64,000 nt of DNA. Source: Negaprion brevirostris. Taxonomy: Eukaryota. Location: NCBI GenBank assembly GCA_030324005.1, contig JARDVH010000084.1, positions 84,647,812-84,711,811 on the forward strand, written 5' to 3'. This document shows, piece after piece, positions 13,130 to 27,656 of the stretch. Positions within the stretch are counted from its first letter, which is position 1; every line of letters starts with the position of its first letter. The translations under genes and the position numbers were made by a program. Under the pieces are notes generated by a model that made no database searches, had not been told where the DNA came from, and was given only the letters and a program-made list of their open reading frames with translations.

Positions 13130-14535
13130 GGTTATGTTACCAGGCTGGTAATCCAGAGCTAATCCCCTGTAACACATGAATTCAAATCTCACCATGAAAA
13201 TTCAATTAATTAATAAATCTGCAATAGAAAGTATCAATGACAATGAAACTATGGGATTGTAAAAATTAATCTGGTCGTCTGAGGCTTTTTAGGAAAGGAA
13301 ACTTGTCAACCTTACCAAGTCTAGCCTATATTACTCCAGAGACACAACTATACGGTTGACATCTTTAATGCCCCTGAAATGGCTCAGCAAGCGACAGAAC
13401 ATCATAAAAGTCAATTAAGAATGAAACTGGACAATCCATCCAGCATCGACATCGGCACTGGAAACGACAAAGGCAAACCCAGCTTTCCTTACTGAAAAAA
13501 ACCTTCCTTACTAACATCTAGGAATGTATGTCAAATCTGTAACACAGAATGGTCAAGCAAGAGCTTGGCATAGTCATACTCAGCAAATGCTACCTACAGG
13601 TAATGTCCCAGACATTAACCATAACCATAACCATTCCTCTGACAGGCCAGACCTACTGGAGGTCGTGGCGTAATCAGGAGACAGGTAACCCTACAAGTCT
13701 GAACTCAATGGAATCAGTCAATAAGTATTGTTGTGTCTTCTACGACCACGTTAAGTGGGATCGCTGCTAAAGAGATCTAGCAGCTCAAAACCCGTGAAGC
13801 ACTAGGTGCCATCATCAGCAGAAGTAGCAGAATTTTACTCAACCACAATCTGTGACCTTATGATCTGAAATATCCCCCACTCTACTATTACTATCAAGTC
13901 AACCCTGGTCAATGAAAAGTGCAGAAGGGCATTCCAGGAGCAGCACCAAGTATACCTAAAAATGAGATGAAACTACAAAACTGGATTACTTGAGGGCTAA
14001 CAGTTTTAAGTAGCAAACTTAGGATCAGATCTGACCTCTACAATCCTGCCACATCCAGCTGTGAATGGCAGTGAGCAATTAAACAACTTACTGGAGGAGG
14101 AGGCGGCTTCATAAATATCCCCATCCTCAATGATAGAGGAGCCCAGCACATCACTGCAAAAGACAAAACTGAAGCATTTGCTATAATCATCAACCAGAAG
14201 TGCCGAGTAGATGATCCATTTCGGCCTCCTCCAATGGTCCCCAGCATTACAAATGCCCGTCTCCAGCCAATTCAATTCACTCCACATTATATCAAAAAAA
14301 AGCTGAAGGCAGTGAAAACTGCAAAAGCTATGGACTCTGACAATATTCCAGTAGTAGTATTGAAGACTTGTGCTCAAGAACTAACTGCGGCCCTAGCTAA
14401 ACTGTTCCAGTACCGTTACAAAACTGATATTTACCTGGCAACGTGCAAACTTGCCCAGATATCTTGCACAAAAAGCGGGACAAATCCAACCTGGCCAATT
14501 AGTGCTCCATCAGTCCACTCTCAATTATCAGTAAA
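13130..14535 (+). mobile_element. Decayed CR1/L2-clade LINE with SINE-like 5' region
   Basis: IKKKLKAVKTAKAMDSDNIPVVVLKTCAQEL pre-RT motif; frameshifted. Confidence 0.65.
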
Positions 14536-14569
14536 GTCTTTTTGATAATGCTATCATGAAACCTCTGAC

Positions 14570-14770
14570 CTACACATTTTAGGGGCAATTTAGCATGGCC
14601 AATCCAACTAATCTGCACATAGTTGGATGTGGGGGGAAACAAGAGCACCCAGCGGAAACCCACACAGACATGGGGAGAACATGCATACTCCACACAGTCA
14701 TACAAGGCCAGAATCAAAACTGGTTCCCTGGTGCTGTAGGGCAGCATGCCATCCCAGCTATGCGCTATCC
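14570..14770 (-). mobile_element. HE1-like SINE
   Basis: gggcaatttagcatggccaatc...gaaacccacacagacatggggagaac, the reverse complement of the SINE core. Confidence 0.8.
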
Positions 14771-15343
14771 TTCCAAGCTTCACACCATCCTAACCTGAAA
14801 TGATATTTCATCATTCTTCCATTTGCTCTGAGTAAATATCCTGGTATGATTTGAATATATTTGTGGTGGCGAAGTGTATTTGTATTCTAAAGGGTTAAAT
14901 GTTTGGAGAAATGAGTATGAATGAGTTAGAAAATGTGTAGTCTGTAAATAACATGGATTCTACGATACAAGGTACTTGTGACCTTATAAAACAGTTATTA
15001 ACTGCACTCAGATTATTCCTGGAATAATTCTGATATATTCCAGCAGGTGGCAGGAGCTAACCACTTGCATTAACCTCACAAATCATCCTATCATTTAGAC
15101 ACTAGACTGCTTTCTAAAGTGCTGTAACCTGCAAGGCTAAGAATTAAGTGCTGGAAAGTGGAATTAGAATCACTGGCTAGCTTCTTTTTTTGGCCAGTGT
15201 CAACACGATGGGCTGAATGGCCTCTTTCTGCATCGTAACTATTCTATGGTTCCCTGGTTCATTATTTATGACCATCACATCTGTGGCATTGTTTGTGTTA
15301 GTTTGCGTTATTAGATGTGGGTTGTGTTAGTGCATGTTTTTTA

Positions 15344-15346
<3 letters not shown>

Positions 15347-15377
<31 letters not shown>
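15347..15377. repeat. (TA)n microsatellite
   Basis: About 15 TA units. Confidence 0.95.
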
Positions 15378-15378
<1 letters not shown>

Positions 15379-17599
15379 GTGTTATTACAAATATAAGATT
15401 GTCACATCTTGAGACTGTAGGCGGCGTTTTAAGCTCATTTTAGCTATAGGTGAGAACTGTGACTCGACAGCAAAATCCAGCAAGGATTGGGAAATGTGAT
15501 TCTTACCCATAAGATCACATTTCCTGAATTTCTACACGCCTCGCTGATGATGGAACAAGGTTTCTGCCTAACAAACATGAGAACCACTTGGTAACATGTT
15601 TAAATAAATTTTAACATTATTAACAAACCCCCCTCACTTAATACTCATATCTTGCCGACATGATGTCATCGACATCAGCAAGATTTAGAGGAGCTGTATA
15701 AAGATCTGAGTCACTCATGGGAATCCCCCCCTCCCCTCTCTGGGGTATAAAGATATGCGTGATAGTTGATTCCTTAATCATCCCTTAAAGGAGCCACGTC
15801 ACCACACTCCTTCCCCTGCACCACCCTCCCCCAAAAACAACAAATTCCTCAGACCGCTCATGAATGGACCAGAAGTTTCATCATTAAACATATGCTTGCA
15901 TGGCACAACAATACACTAGGAACACCCCAGAGAAAACTCATCACAAAGTGACTTGGTCTGGAGACTTCCAGACTCTGGAGGATTGTCACAACTCAGTACT
16001 GGGCTGTTTGGTCAATAAAGAATCTGGGCGGAGATGCACAATGCACGTGCATCAATCCAGGTTGGTCACCCTCCTCAGTAGTAATGAGGTGCCCATCAGT
16101 AGCCTATATCAGTCCAACACCGGCATCTTCACAACCTGTTGGACTTTACCCTGGTGTTGTGTGACTTCTTACTGCCCTCAGTAGAGGCTGATGCCTCTGC
16201 TTTGGAAACAGTTGGTTGCCTTGGCTCTACATTCGAAATAACAATCGCTGTACCAGCAACTGGCAAATGCAAGTCCACCACAGTACATATCTCTGCCACC
16301 CTCTTCCTCAGATGATCTACATGCTTTTGTTTTTGTGTGGCGACCTTGTACTTCAACAAAGAGAAGTCTGGTCTAGTTATTTAGAATGAACATCAACCAG
16401 AATGAAATATGCTGATGAACTGTCCTGTGAATTGTGCATGCAGCCTTAATTTCATCGAATTGAATCATAGAACCCTACAGTGCAGAAAGNNNNNNNNNNN
16501 NNNNNNNNNNNNNNNNNNNNNNNNNNNNNNNNNNNNNNNNNNNNNNNNNNNNNNNNNNNNNNNNNNNNNNNNNNNNNNNNNNNNNNNNNGGCGGCAGAAC
16601 TGCCGGTGGGGAGGGTGGCTGGGCAGTGAGGAGGGGCCTGGCTGTTAACAAGGGGAGCGGGAGTGAGGTGGGACAGGCATGAGTGGGAAGCGGGCGGGGG
16701 GCGGATTAGTAACAGTGAGGGAGGGAATCACCAGTGATACTGCTGTATTGTTTGTGAGAGAGGAGAGCCCACAATGATTAAATGATTGCGCCATGGGAGA
16801 GGGGGAATGCATCTTCATGGTGAGGTGGTCGGAGACTGGAGGAAGTTTTAACTTTCCGGTGATTTTAGTGCCCTGATCTTTGTGGAGTTGCCATAAGGCT
16901 CTTTCAGTGATGATGTAAACTACCCCCCATTACACCACCATTTTTTAAATATATCAGTGTTAGAAAAACCATTCTGAAAACTCAGCTGTGTCTAGAGAGA
17001 TACATGCTGCTTTTCAGCCTGATACTCTGTGTGTTTTAACTTGGGGTATAATGGAAAAGTGAACGGGATCATATGAACTGTTCAGGATTCTGCAGACGGC
17101 AACCTTAGGTAGTTTGATTGTTAAAGATTAAAGAGAGGTTCAAAAAATAACTAAGGAGAAGATGCAGGGTGATCACACCGTAGACAAAAAGAAAGGAGTT
17201 TGTGCTAACAGTGGATAAACCATTAGCCAGCAAAGTTTTGGAAAAGTAGTTTTATAAAGGATTGTACCTTAATTGTCTGTGATTTCAAAATAGAGTGAAA
17301 TTAGGAGTTTAGAATATGATTAATTTACGCTGCATTAATCCCAGGCCAAGGTGATTCTTTTGTCACTGCAATGTGTTTGAATAAGGGGAGAGACCTGAGG
17401 AAACCATCGTGAGGTTGTGTTACAGGTTCTCTAAAAGGAATTTCATAGACAGGTCAGACAGTCTGCTAGAATCTGAGAGAGAAGGGCATATAAAGGCAGC
17501 AAATCACTGGAGGAAACCCATGCAGACATAGGGAGAACGTGCAAACTCCACACAGTCATCCAAGGCTGGAATTGAACCCAGGTCTCTGAAACTGCGTGC

Positions 17600-20225
17600 C
17601 ACCCATATAATGTGCGAAAATCTGAAATCGTTTATTTGGCAGGAATTACAATAAGTGGAGAGCATCACTAAAATGGAGAATGGCTACAAAATGCCAAACT
17701 GCAGATGGATCTAGGTGTACTTGTGCATGAGTCAGTTAGTATACAGGTACAACAAATAATTAAGAAAACAAATGGAATGTCATGCTTTATTATGAAAGGA
17801 AGCGAACATTCAAGTAAGGATGTTATGCTTCAATCATACAGGGCATTTCTGAGATTTGAACACTGTGTGCAGTTTGGTCTCCTTATTTAAGAAAGCAATT
17901 AAATGCATTGGAGACAGTTTGGAGATTGTTATCCGAAATTAACGGGTTGTCTTATGAGGATAGGTTGAAAGGGCTGGCTTGTTGCCACTGGAGTTTAGAA
18001 GAGTAATGGGTGACTTGACTGAAGTATACAAGATACTGAACTGATTCAAGAAGGTGGACAAGGAATGGATGTTTTCTTTTGAATGAGACTCCATTACTGG
18101 GGCACTATTTTAAAATTAGGAGTCAATCTTATAGGACAGACTTAAGGAGAATTTTTTTCAGAGTTGTGTGACTTTGGAACTCAATGGAAGTGAGAGATTG
18201 AATAGAGAGGTAGCTAGATTCTTGTTCGGCAATGAAATCAAAGGTTATTGGCAGTAAATGGGAATGTGGACTTTAAAACACCAACAAATTAGCCATGACC
18301 TTATTGAATGACAGAGCAGGTTTGAGGGGCTGAATGGCCTAATCTGGCTCTTATTTCATACATTTGTACAGGCTAGGCACATCCTAACAAAGGTGAAGGT
18401 AAAGGTAAAGGAAGCAATGTCAGGACACCTTGGATGCTGAGTGAGATACAGAATATGCAAAAATGAAAAGCAGAGTATATGATGAATGTCAGGTGAATCC
18501 TTCAAGAGCCATATCCAATACAACAATGAGAAAGGAGATGAAGAGGAAAGTTAGACTGGTGAAAATAATAAGGAAATAATAGCAATTGACATAAAGGGAA
18601 AATCTTCTACTGGCGTGTAAAAAGCAAGCAGGTAATAAGTGGTAGGAAGAGCCAATTAGGGAGGTACAGGGTATGGGTAAATGAATGAGTTACTTGTACT
18701 GGTGTTTACTAAGGAAAAGGATAATGATAAAGTCTTAGTTCAAGCAGAGACAATAGACAATAATGGATGGGAATAAAAATTGATCGGCAGGATATACTGG
18801 AAAGGCTGGCTATGCTTAGACTGGATAGGATTCACAGTCCAGATGGATTGCATCCCTGTCTGCAAAAGGAAGTGGGGTTGGAGATAGTGGAAGAACTTAT
18901 AATAATCTTCTCAGCTTTCCTAGATATGAGGTGAGATGTCAGAGGATTGGAGAGTGGCAGACATGACTCGCTTATTTAAGAAAGGGTATATGGGCATTCC
19001 TGCTAAGTACAGGCTGATGAATTTAATATCCATGGATAAAGTTTTAGAAGCAATAACAGGAGAAAAGAAAATCAACAGGCACTTGAAGAGGTGGGGATTA
19101 ATTAGAGAGCCTGATCGGATTGATAAAAGGTAGTTTGTGCTTGACTAGTTTTTTTTTTAATGAGGCTAATGAATGTAGTGGATGTAGTCTGTATGAATTT
19201 TTTTTAAGAAAATGAGTGACAAAATACCACATAAAAGTTTGGTTAATAAAACTAAGGCTTATGGAATAGGGGGGCCCTATTGTCAGCTGGGATTAAGAAA
19301 ATACCTGAAGGATAGAAAACTGTGAGCAATGGTCGTTTTTCAGGCTAAACAGTGTTGTTCCCAAGCATCAGTGCTAGGATCACTGCTTTTTTTTGCCATT
19401 TATTGCCAACTTGGATATTGGAAAACAGAGTGCAATTTCAAAATTGGCCGTTGATACTGAACTTGAGGTATGACAAACATGATACCAATCTCTTGCAACA
19501 GGACATAGATAGGCGAGCAGAATGTACAGACAAATGGGCAGATGGAATTTGATACAGAGAAGTGAGGTGATGCATTCTAGTAGAAGGAATGGGGACTGGT
19601 AATATACACTTAATGGTACACTTCTAAAGCAGGGACAGGGAGATCTTGAGGTGTGCAAAAAGCTTTGAAGGTGGCAGGACATGTTGAGAGAATTAACAGA
19701 GTTAATGGGATCTTGGACTTCATAAATAGATATATTGAGCACAAAAACAAGGAAGTTATGCTGAACCTTCAAAAGGATTTAGTTAGGCCACAACTAAAGT
19801 ACTGCATCTATTTCTGCTCAAGGATGCGAGGGTCCTTGAGGGTGGAAAGAGGAGATTTACCAGAATAGTTCCAGGGATGAGGAAACACTAGGTGTTCAGA
19901 CATTTTTAGGGTGTGAGGCTGATCTTGCCAGATATCCAGTGTCGGTAAGATCATGAGGTGTGAAACATGATTTCTTGGCTCGCTCCACCCATCAACCAGT
20001 GGGGCAAGAGGGTAAGATCGCCTCCAATTATTCCAATACCTAAGACTAGGGGACACAAATCTGAAGATTTTTTCTGTGGTGGTAATAGCCTAAAACACAC
20101 TGTCTATGACGGTAGTGAAAACAAAAATATCAATAATTCCAAAAGGAAATTAGTTGAGCACTTCAGGGAAATAAACCTCTACAAGGACAGAGTGGGCAAT
20201 AGGACTGACTGGACAGTTCTATACA
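17600..20225 (+). mobile_element. Two old CR1 LINE copies (3' part 17600-18360; long decayed ORF2 18400-20225)
   Basis: DLGVLVH, EDWRVADMTRLFKKG, RPQLKYC motifs with many stops; CR1 3' tails. Confidence 0.75.
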
Positions 20226-21289
20226 GAGCCAGTTTGGACTCAATGACCTCCCCGTTTTAAAAATCATTCATGAGATATGAGTGTTGTTGGTTAGACCAAC
20301 ATTTTTTTGCCCCATCCCTAACTGCCTTTTTGGTGGTGGTGGTGAGCTGCCTCCTTGAGCTGCTGCAGTCCCTGAGGTGGCGGCACACCTTCAGAGCTGA
20401 TAGGAAGGGAATTCCAGGATTCTGNNNNNNNNNNGACCCAGCAGTGAAGGAACAGCGATATATTTCCAAGTCAGGATAGTGAGTAACTTAGAAGGGAATC
20501 TCCAGGTGGTGTTCCCAGGTATCTGTTGCCTTTGTCCTTCCAGATGGTTGTGGTTTTGAATTTGGAAGATGTTGATGATCTTATGACTCTGCAAGTATGC
20601 CATTTAATCCCTTAAACCTGTGAAAGCATGGCTGATCTATGATCTAATTCTATATACTTTCCTTTACCCCACATACTTCAATGCAAAATTCAATGTCCGA
20701 TTTAAAATCAACAATTTACCTGGCATCAATTGCCACTTGTGGAAGACACTCCCAAACTTCATTCATCCTTGGTGTTCAAATGTGCACAAACCACACATTC
20801 TGTCATGTGAGTGATCAACCTTCTAACCAGATTAACCCTTGATTCAGACAGATAATTACTTTCATTTGTGGCAGTTGCTTTTAAACTTCATGGTGGTGAT
20901 CTTGTGTGGAACGGAGGAAAAAGTGGAGAAATTGTGGTGCTTCAGCTCCTGGAGACAATGAATCCGCAAACCACTGGCTGGACCACCCTCCATCAACATT
21001 TCTATCTCTATCTGATGTATAACTGCAGGCAATTAGCTTGTATTGGGTGAGAAGCAGCACTGCTTAAAACAGCCCCTCATATTATTGAAGTGTGATAGTT
21101 ACTGAGAATAAGGCAGCACACATCCATTGGATCAAATGGAACCCAGGACAGAGTGCTGATGAGATACACATGTCTGTAGTCTACTCCTGTAAACCTGAGA
21201 TCATCCTCAAATCTTATCTCCCTTCAAGCACCGTCCCTCTGTTTACTGGGCTCTTGACCTACATTTGCTTCTGGTCAAAATGGTTTTAA

Positions 21290-22380
21290 AATTCTCCTCG
21301 TTTTCAAATCTTTCCATGTCCTTGGCCCTCTCCATCACTGCAAGTCATTCCAGAGCCTGAGAGTATTTCTTCTCTGTCCCTTCTAGCTGGTTTGATGTCT
21401 GAAGCAGATCTTTTCCAACTAACAGTGTGGCCAGAGAGCCTTTACAATACTACTGGAGCCTTACAAATCAAGGTGGAAAACCAAAACTTTTAAACTATTA
21501 AAGCAATACTTGAACAGTACCTTTCACATGGTAAAACTTTCTAAGGCATTTTCCTCTCAGGGAGGGGGAGCAGAGAGAAGAGGGACAGACAGCTGCAGAG
21601 CAGCAAGAGGATCATTATGGACAGTCACAAAGATCATTTTAAATGTGAAAAAGATGGCAAAGTAGAGAGGCAAAGTTCCAGAATACTGACGCCATAGTCC
21701 GATACTCAGTGAAAAGAGGAAGGAGGAAAAAGCAGCTGACTTCTCATTCCGATTCTCGCGGTGAATTACTCTCGATCCTCCTCTGTAACCATTTGCTGTC
21801 CCTCAGTGTCTGCCTGAAGACCTGACATCAGGTTCCACGTGTACACTGATGTCTCTGCACCAGCTCTCTCGACCCCTCTATGCCTCTGTCTGATATTCAG
21901 TTTGGATAAGCCACACTTTCCTGTGTTTGTATATTAGCAACATCAGTCACAAACCTGCCAGATGTCACAGACTTCAGTTTATCTGAAATTCTGCTGCCAG
22001 TATTCTCTCCTACCCATTCACCACTGCTTTCCTCATTGATCCTCAATGGTTCTCTGTCTCCCCACACCTCGGTTCTAAAATTCATAGACATGGATATCAT
22101 AAATCTCATTACTCCTTTGCCCTTTCCTATCCTAGGAGTTCCTCTAGCTGTACAATATGCCCAGGATGTTCGCCTTGTGCATTCCTCCCCTTTTCACCTC
22201 ATTGGAGGTTCTGATTTCAGCTCTAGGTTCTACATTCTGGAATTTTCTCTCTAAACCTCTCCCCTCTCCAGTAAGGATATTCTTAAATTTCACCTATTTG
22301 AGCTTTTTTCTCACCCCTCCTTGCACTCGAGGTTCTATTTGTCTGATACCGATTCTGTGATGCATCTTGGGATTTTCTGA
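21290..22380 (+). mobile_element. L2-like LINE remnants
   Basis: tttaaaattctc..ttcaaatc..ccatg..cttggccct, tatgctgatg-like and ctctctaaacctctcc..ctctc motifs typical of the L2 3' region. Confidence 0.5.
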
Positions 22381-24789
22381 ACTAGGTTTAGGAGACAACC
22401 GGTTAGTAGGAAAAGTCGATAGAAAATTCCTATTCCATGAAGTTACTTTTTGAAGACACGGCTGAGAAAATCAGTCTGACTGAGGTATATAAAATAGCAA
22501 GAGACGGATATATGAGTCCAGATTATCATCGATTGTGCTTATAATTCAACTTGGCATACAAGATAACTTTTCCAGCTCTAAAAATCATGCTTTTGCACAT
22601 ACTCAGTGTATAACCCAACCCCTTTTTGGCTCCAAAAAGTTGTAATGCATTAGTTAGCCTCAATTTTTTCACCCCAAAGATGTATCCAATGCATGTGAGT
22701 CAGCACATGGGAGCAAGCAAATGTTATAGGCTGTTTTATAAGATTCATGAAAGTTTAAGAATAGCTCACATAGCAGACGTCCGTGGCAATGGTGAATGCC
22801 AGAAATGGATCCCTGCAGAAAAGTGATTGAAATACAAAAGTTCAAAGTCGCATTATTTGTGAACTTGTGCCGCAGCGAGGGAACTCAGTTCACTCAGGAT
22901 AGGTGGATAGTTAACAGAGAAAGAAACCTTCACAGAGTGGTTGTGTTGTGCCCCATTTGACAGTGTGTTCATTATCAATTCGAGGGGTGTTATTAATGTA
23001 CCAAGTGCCATCTGATCATTCAAAAACAGTGTCCATTTCACTGGGTGGAGAGGAAGAGGATTTGTTGTGGTGGGATGGTTTTGAAAATGGCTACAATGCC
23101 ATAGCCAAAGTGACTCGGTGAACGTATTGTGTGTTACATATGCAGTGACAACGAAATAGGTAACTTTACATTATGTTGTAGTTAAAGATATCTCCAATTA
23201 ATTCATTCAATAAAACCTGCCATATTAATTCAACATCAATCATTGCTTTTTTTTAACACTTCAGAATGGTGACCACCCACGCCCAAACCACGCAATCACT
23301 TGCAGACTGGCCAAGGGCAAAAAGGTCAGATTGCGGTTGGAGCAGCGAATTAAAATGGCAAGCAACTGGAAGCTCAGGGTCACACTTGCAGCCTGAATAG
23401 AGCCACAAACTGATCACCCAGTCTGGATTTGGTGTTCCCAATGTGGAGGAGAGAATATTGCAAGATGCTAAATTTTTGTTTTGCAGTGCAGCTGATTGCT
23501 GAATATATTGCACATAATAAAGAAAAAAAGCTGAATAAAGTGCTGTATCGCAAAAGGATGAAATTAGCTCAGATGGGAGGGACTACAAGCACTGCTGAAT
23601 TACACCTCTTGAAACAAAGCAGTGATCACCATGGAAACCTGCGAAACCTGGCAGTGGACAGGCTGCATTATAAAGAACTGTGTCACACTTCCTGGTCAAT
23701 ACAAAAGGACGATTCATTGCTGTGGCAACCTGCACAACCGAGCCACATTGTACCTGTGCTGGCTCATTAAAGGGGTTATCCAATTCTTTTCATTGCCCAG
23801 TTCCTTCCCTGTGGCTCTGCAAATATTTCCCTTTCATATTTTCATTCGACGACTTTTTAAAAGATATTAGTGAATCTGTTTCGACTACCCCCTCAGGCAC
23901 GGAATTCCAGATTACATCAATCCGCTTTTTAAAAACAAACTCCCCTCTCCACCTTGCAGCTTTTGCCAATTATTTCAAAGTCCTCTGGTATTGACCCTCC
24001 TGCCACTTACTCTTTCAAAAGCTTCATGGTTTTGAACATATTTGTGAAGTCTTTTAGCCTTCTGCACTCTGCTGAAAATCCTCCTCGATGCCTTTGTTAC
24101 ATTAGGAATAGTAAAGTCCATAACTATGTCTGTTTACTCCCACATTCTACTCTGTAAACCTGAGGTCTTAAAAATTCAATGATGATGCTCAGAGATCTGG
24201 GAGGTGCCAGAGAAAAGGCAGGAAAGAAGCAAAATAATACCTAAACTGACATTAGAAGAGGCTAATTATTTAATATCTGGCAAAAAAGTTTTTTTCTGTC
24301 AAAATGAGGGATAAGACTTATGTTTTCTTCTGGTAAATTTAGGCAGTAACCTACTAAAGACCAGGCAGGACACATCCCGTGTCATGTTGAAATTCCAAGT
24401 GCATCTTCTGTCCAGATCAACCAAATGGGTAGCAAGTGTCATCAGCTGGAGTTACTACACTTGATGGACAAGGCTGGGAGCTACATGGATAGCATGCTTC
24501 AGGGGGTGAACACCTTCAGGCAGTCAAGGAGGACGAGGCAGGTAATGCTGAAATCCTTCTTAACTGTGCATCTCACTCTCCATTTCTGAAAACTGGTGAG
24601 TGATAGGGAGCACACTCAATTTCTAAGGCATCATAGTTGTACTACTATGGTTCAGAACCTTCCATAAGCCTTACAAAGGAACACTGTTTCCGAAAGATTA
24701 CTATCAGATAAACTGGTTGGACTATAACCTGGTGTTGAGAGACTTCTTACTATGTTTACCCCAGTCCAACGCCTGCATCTCTACATCAC

Positions 24790-26180
24790 AGACTGCCAGA
24801 CAGAATGCAAACCAAAAAAAAGAGAAGCTTGTAATCAAGGCAGTTCAATAATCGTGTGGATCTTTAATCTTGATATAGACTGGACAAAGCAGATCGACAA
24901 ACATAATTTTGAGGATACGTTTGTGGAACACGTTCCAAAAGGTTTCCTGAAACCAACCAAGGAACAGGCTATTTCAGATCTTGATTAATGTAACAAGATA
25001 GAGTTAAATCAGTCACGTGAGCGTAAGAAATCCTCTGGGAATAAACCACCATACAGAATTTCACTTGAGCTTTAGGATAATATACACAGATCCAAAAGTA
25101 GAGTATTATACCTAAAATAAAGCTACAAGGTATGAGGGGAAAGTTAATTAACGTAAAGGGGGAAATTAGATTAAAAGAAATGATGGTAGTTGAAAATGCC
25201 AACATTTAAAATAAACATTTCATAACTCACCACAATTCTATATTCTATTGAGAAATGAAAATTCCATAGGAAAAGGCATCCATCTGGAGTTAACTAGATC
25301 ATTCAAAAAAACTTGCAATGCTATCAAGATGACCAATAAGTCTGAGGATTGGGGGCAGGGGGGTGAGTTTTAGACACCAGAAAAGGTATATGCAAAATAT
25401 TTTTGAAGAGTGAAAAAAAAGGAGAAATGTAATTAGAGTCTCTGACAATCTACAAGTATGCAAGCAAAGACAATAGCCAAAATGAACACAAATGTGAGAT
25501 GATTCACTTTGGTGGAAAGGATAGGAAAATATTTTTAAATGGTGGGAAAATATTAACTTTTGATGTTCAGGGGGCTTTGGATGTCCCTGAATACAGAATA
25601 AAAAATTAAAACATGTATTTTGAAGTCCTTGGGGATTGGAGTACAAAAATAAGGAAGCTTTGGTGAGACCACATCTGCAAAGCAGTGTGCATTTTATGGA
25701 GCTAAGATAGGTTATGCTTGCCTTGGAGGAGGTGCAGCGAAGATTCACTAGATTGCTGGGATAAAGAAATTATGCTATTAGCATAGACTGGGCAGAATGG
25801 GGCTAAAATGTTTGCAAATTTGGAACAATGAGAGGGGATCTCATTTAAATATAAAAGATTCTGAGAGGCTGGCCGAGTGTTGAGAATGATGGGAGAGAGC
25901 TTTAGGTAAGTTGTTTAAGGAGTCAGCCATTTTGGACCGAGATGAAAACAAATTACTACATGTGGCGGTTGAGAAGCTTTGTAATTCTCCATTCCAGAGG
26001 GATGAATGCTCACTGAGGAAATTCAAGGCCTCGGGTCACTGCCTGTATGGAGTCAGCACATTTTGACTGATTTTTAGTGAATGGGGCAGCAGAGTGAAAT
26101 TGAGGGTAAAGATTTGCCATGATTCTTTCAAAGGGTGGTGCAAGCTCCAGAAGCCCCCAGTCCAGTCTTGCTCCTAGATG
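24790..26180 (+). mobile_element. Decayed CR1 LINE with internal deletion
   Basis: PTKEQAISDL endonuclease motif, then 3'-region motifs and tail. Confidence 0.65.
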
Positions 26181-27359
26181 CTGAGCCCATGGAAATGTGG
26201 AGGGAGAGGCGGCTAGTGGATTTTATAAAAAGAGTAGCTTGGGTGGTTGAGAGATGGGCAGGGCTGGAGGCTTTTAGAAGTTCCACAGAAAAGACAAGGT
26301 CATAAATGGATTTAAAGCAAGGGCGAGAATTCTAAATTGGGGATGATGGGTAGTCAACATAGGCTGGCAAAGAAATTTTTTTGGGAGGGGGCAGGCACAG
26401 TGGAAATAGGATAGCACACAAGTAGTTTGAGAACATGAAGTTTATACACCAAGGGGCAGAAGATGGAAAGTCTTTGCACTCTGTAATCGTCTCTCTGCCT
26501 TAAATCATCAGTTCTTAGGTAATACCTTCACTTCTTTACACATACTGATTATACTTAACTGCTTGCACTGATCTATTAGCATTTGTGATTACTTGTAACA
26601 ACTTGTTAATCAGCTGGTCTACACTATTTATCCACTGACTCAATTAGCTGTTTAGCATTGGGCTATCACCTGTATTATGCCTGCCCATCTCTCCACTTCA
26701 CCTGATGAAGGAGCAGCACTCCAAAAGCTTCTGATTTCAAATAAACCTGCTGGGCTTTAACCTGGTGTAATACTAACCCCTCATCTAGGCTCAAAATGGT
26801 AATCTTGGTTTCCTCATCCAGGCCAGGCCCAAGCTTAGCAAGCATTTTGTTTTTATTCTTTAAAATTTCTTATTTCAGTTCAATACAAAAAGTGTGCTTC
26901 AAGTTTGAAAAGACTCAAACTAGGGGAAGAACCCACTCAGAATCTTATTTCAATTCCATCACCTCTCATTCTACGAGACTCCCAAGTCTATAGGCCAATC
27001 TATTCAATCTCTCCTTATAAAGGGCCACCTTATTGAACCTTCACTGCCTCCATCTTTTCCTTAGAACCAGAAACCAAGACATATGGTTGCACCTGTCATA
27101 GGAAGACCTTCATACTCTTGCAGTCCAAAACCTCTTCAATAAAGATCATGATCATTGTTTCCTATATTACATCAGTGACCACACCTTGTGCTTCACTGGT
27201 CGTAAAGCAAGTCGACATACAAATCCTTCTTTCATTTATATAATTGGTGTTCATTTACAGGTTTGCTGAACAAGATTACCTACTCTACCCTAGCAAACAT
27301 TTAATATTCTACTTTTTATTGTAACTGACGTAAACTGATTTCCTAACCTCATGCTCACT

Positions 27360-27656
27360 TCATAGAATCCCTACAGCGCAGGAAACCATTCAACCATTGA
27401 GTTTGCACCAACTACAATCCCACCCATGCCCAATTCCCTCAACCCATCATATTAACCCTGCCAATCCCAAGTCTAGGGTCAATTTAGCATAGACAATCAA
27501 CTTAGCCCACACATCTTTGGATTGTGGGAGGAAATCAGAACACCAGAGGAAACCCACACAGACACTGGGAAAATGTGTTAACTCCATACAGGCAGTGACC
27601 TGAGGCTCGAATTGAACCTGCTGCTGTGAGGCAGCAGTGCTAACCATTGTGCCTCC
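27360..27656 (-). mobile_element. HE1-like SINE
   Basis: catagaatccctacagcgcag tail through ggcagcagtgctaaccattgtgcc head. Confidence 0.85.
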
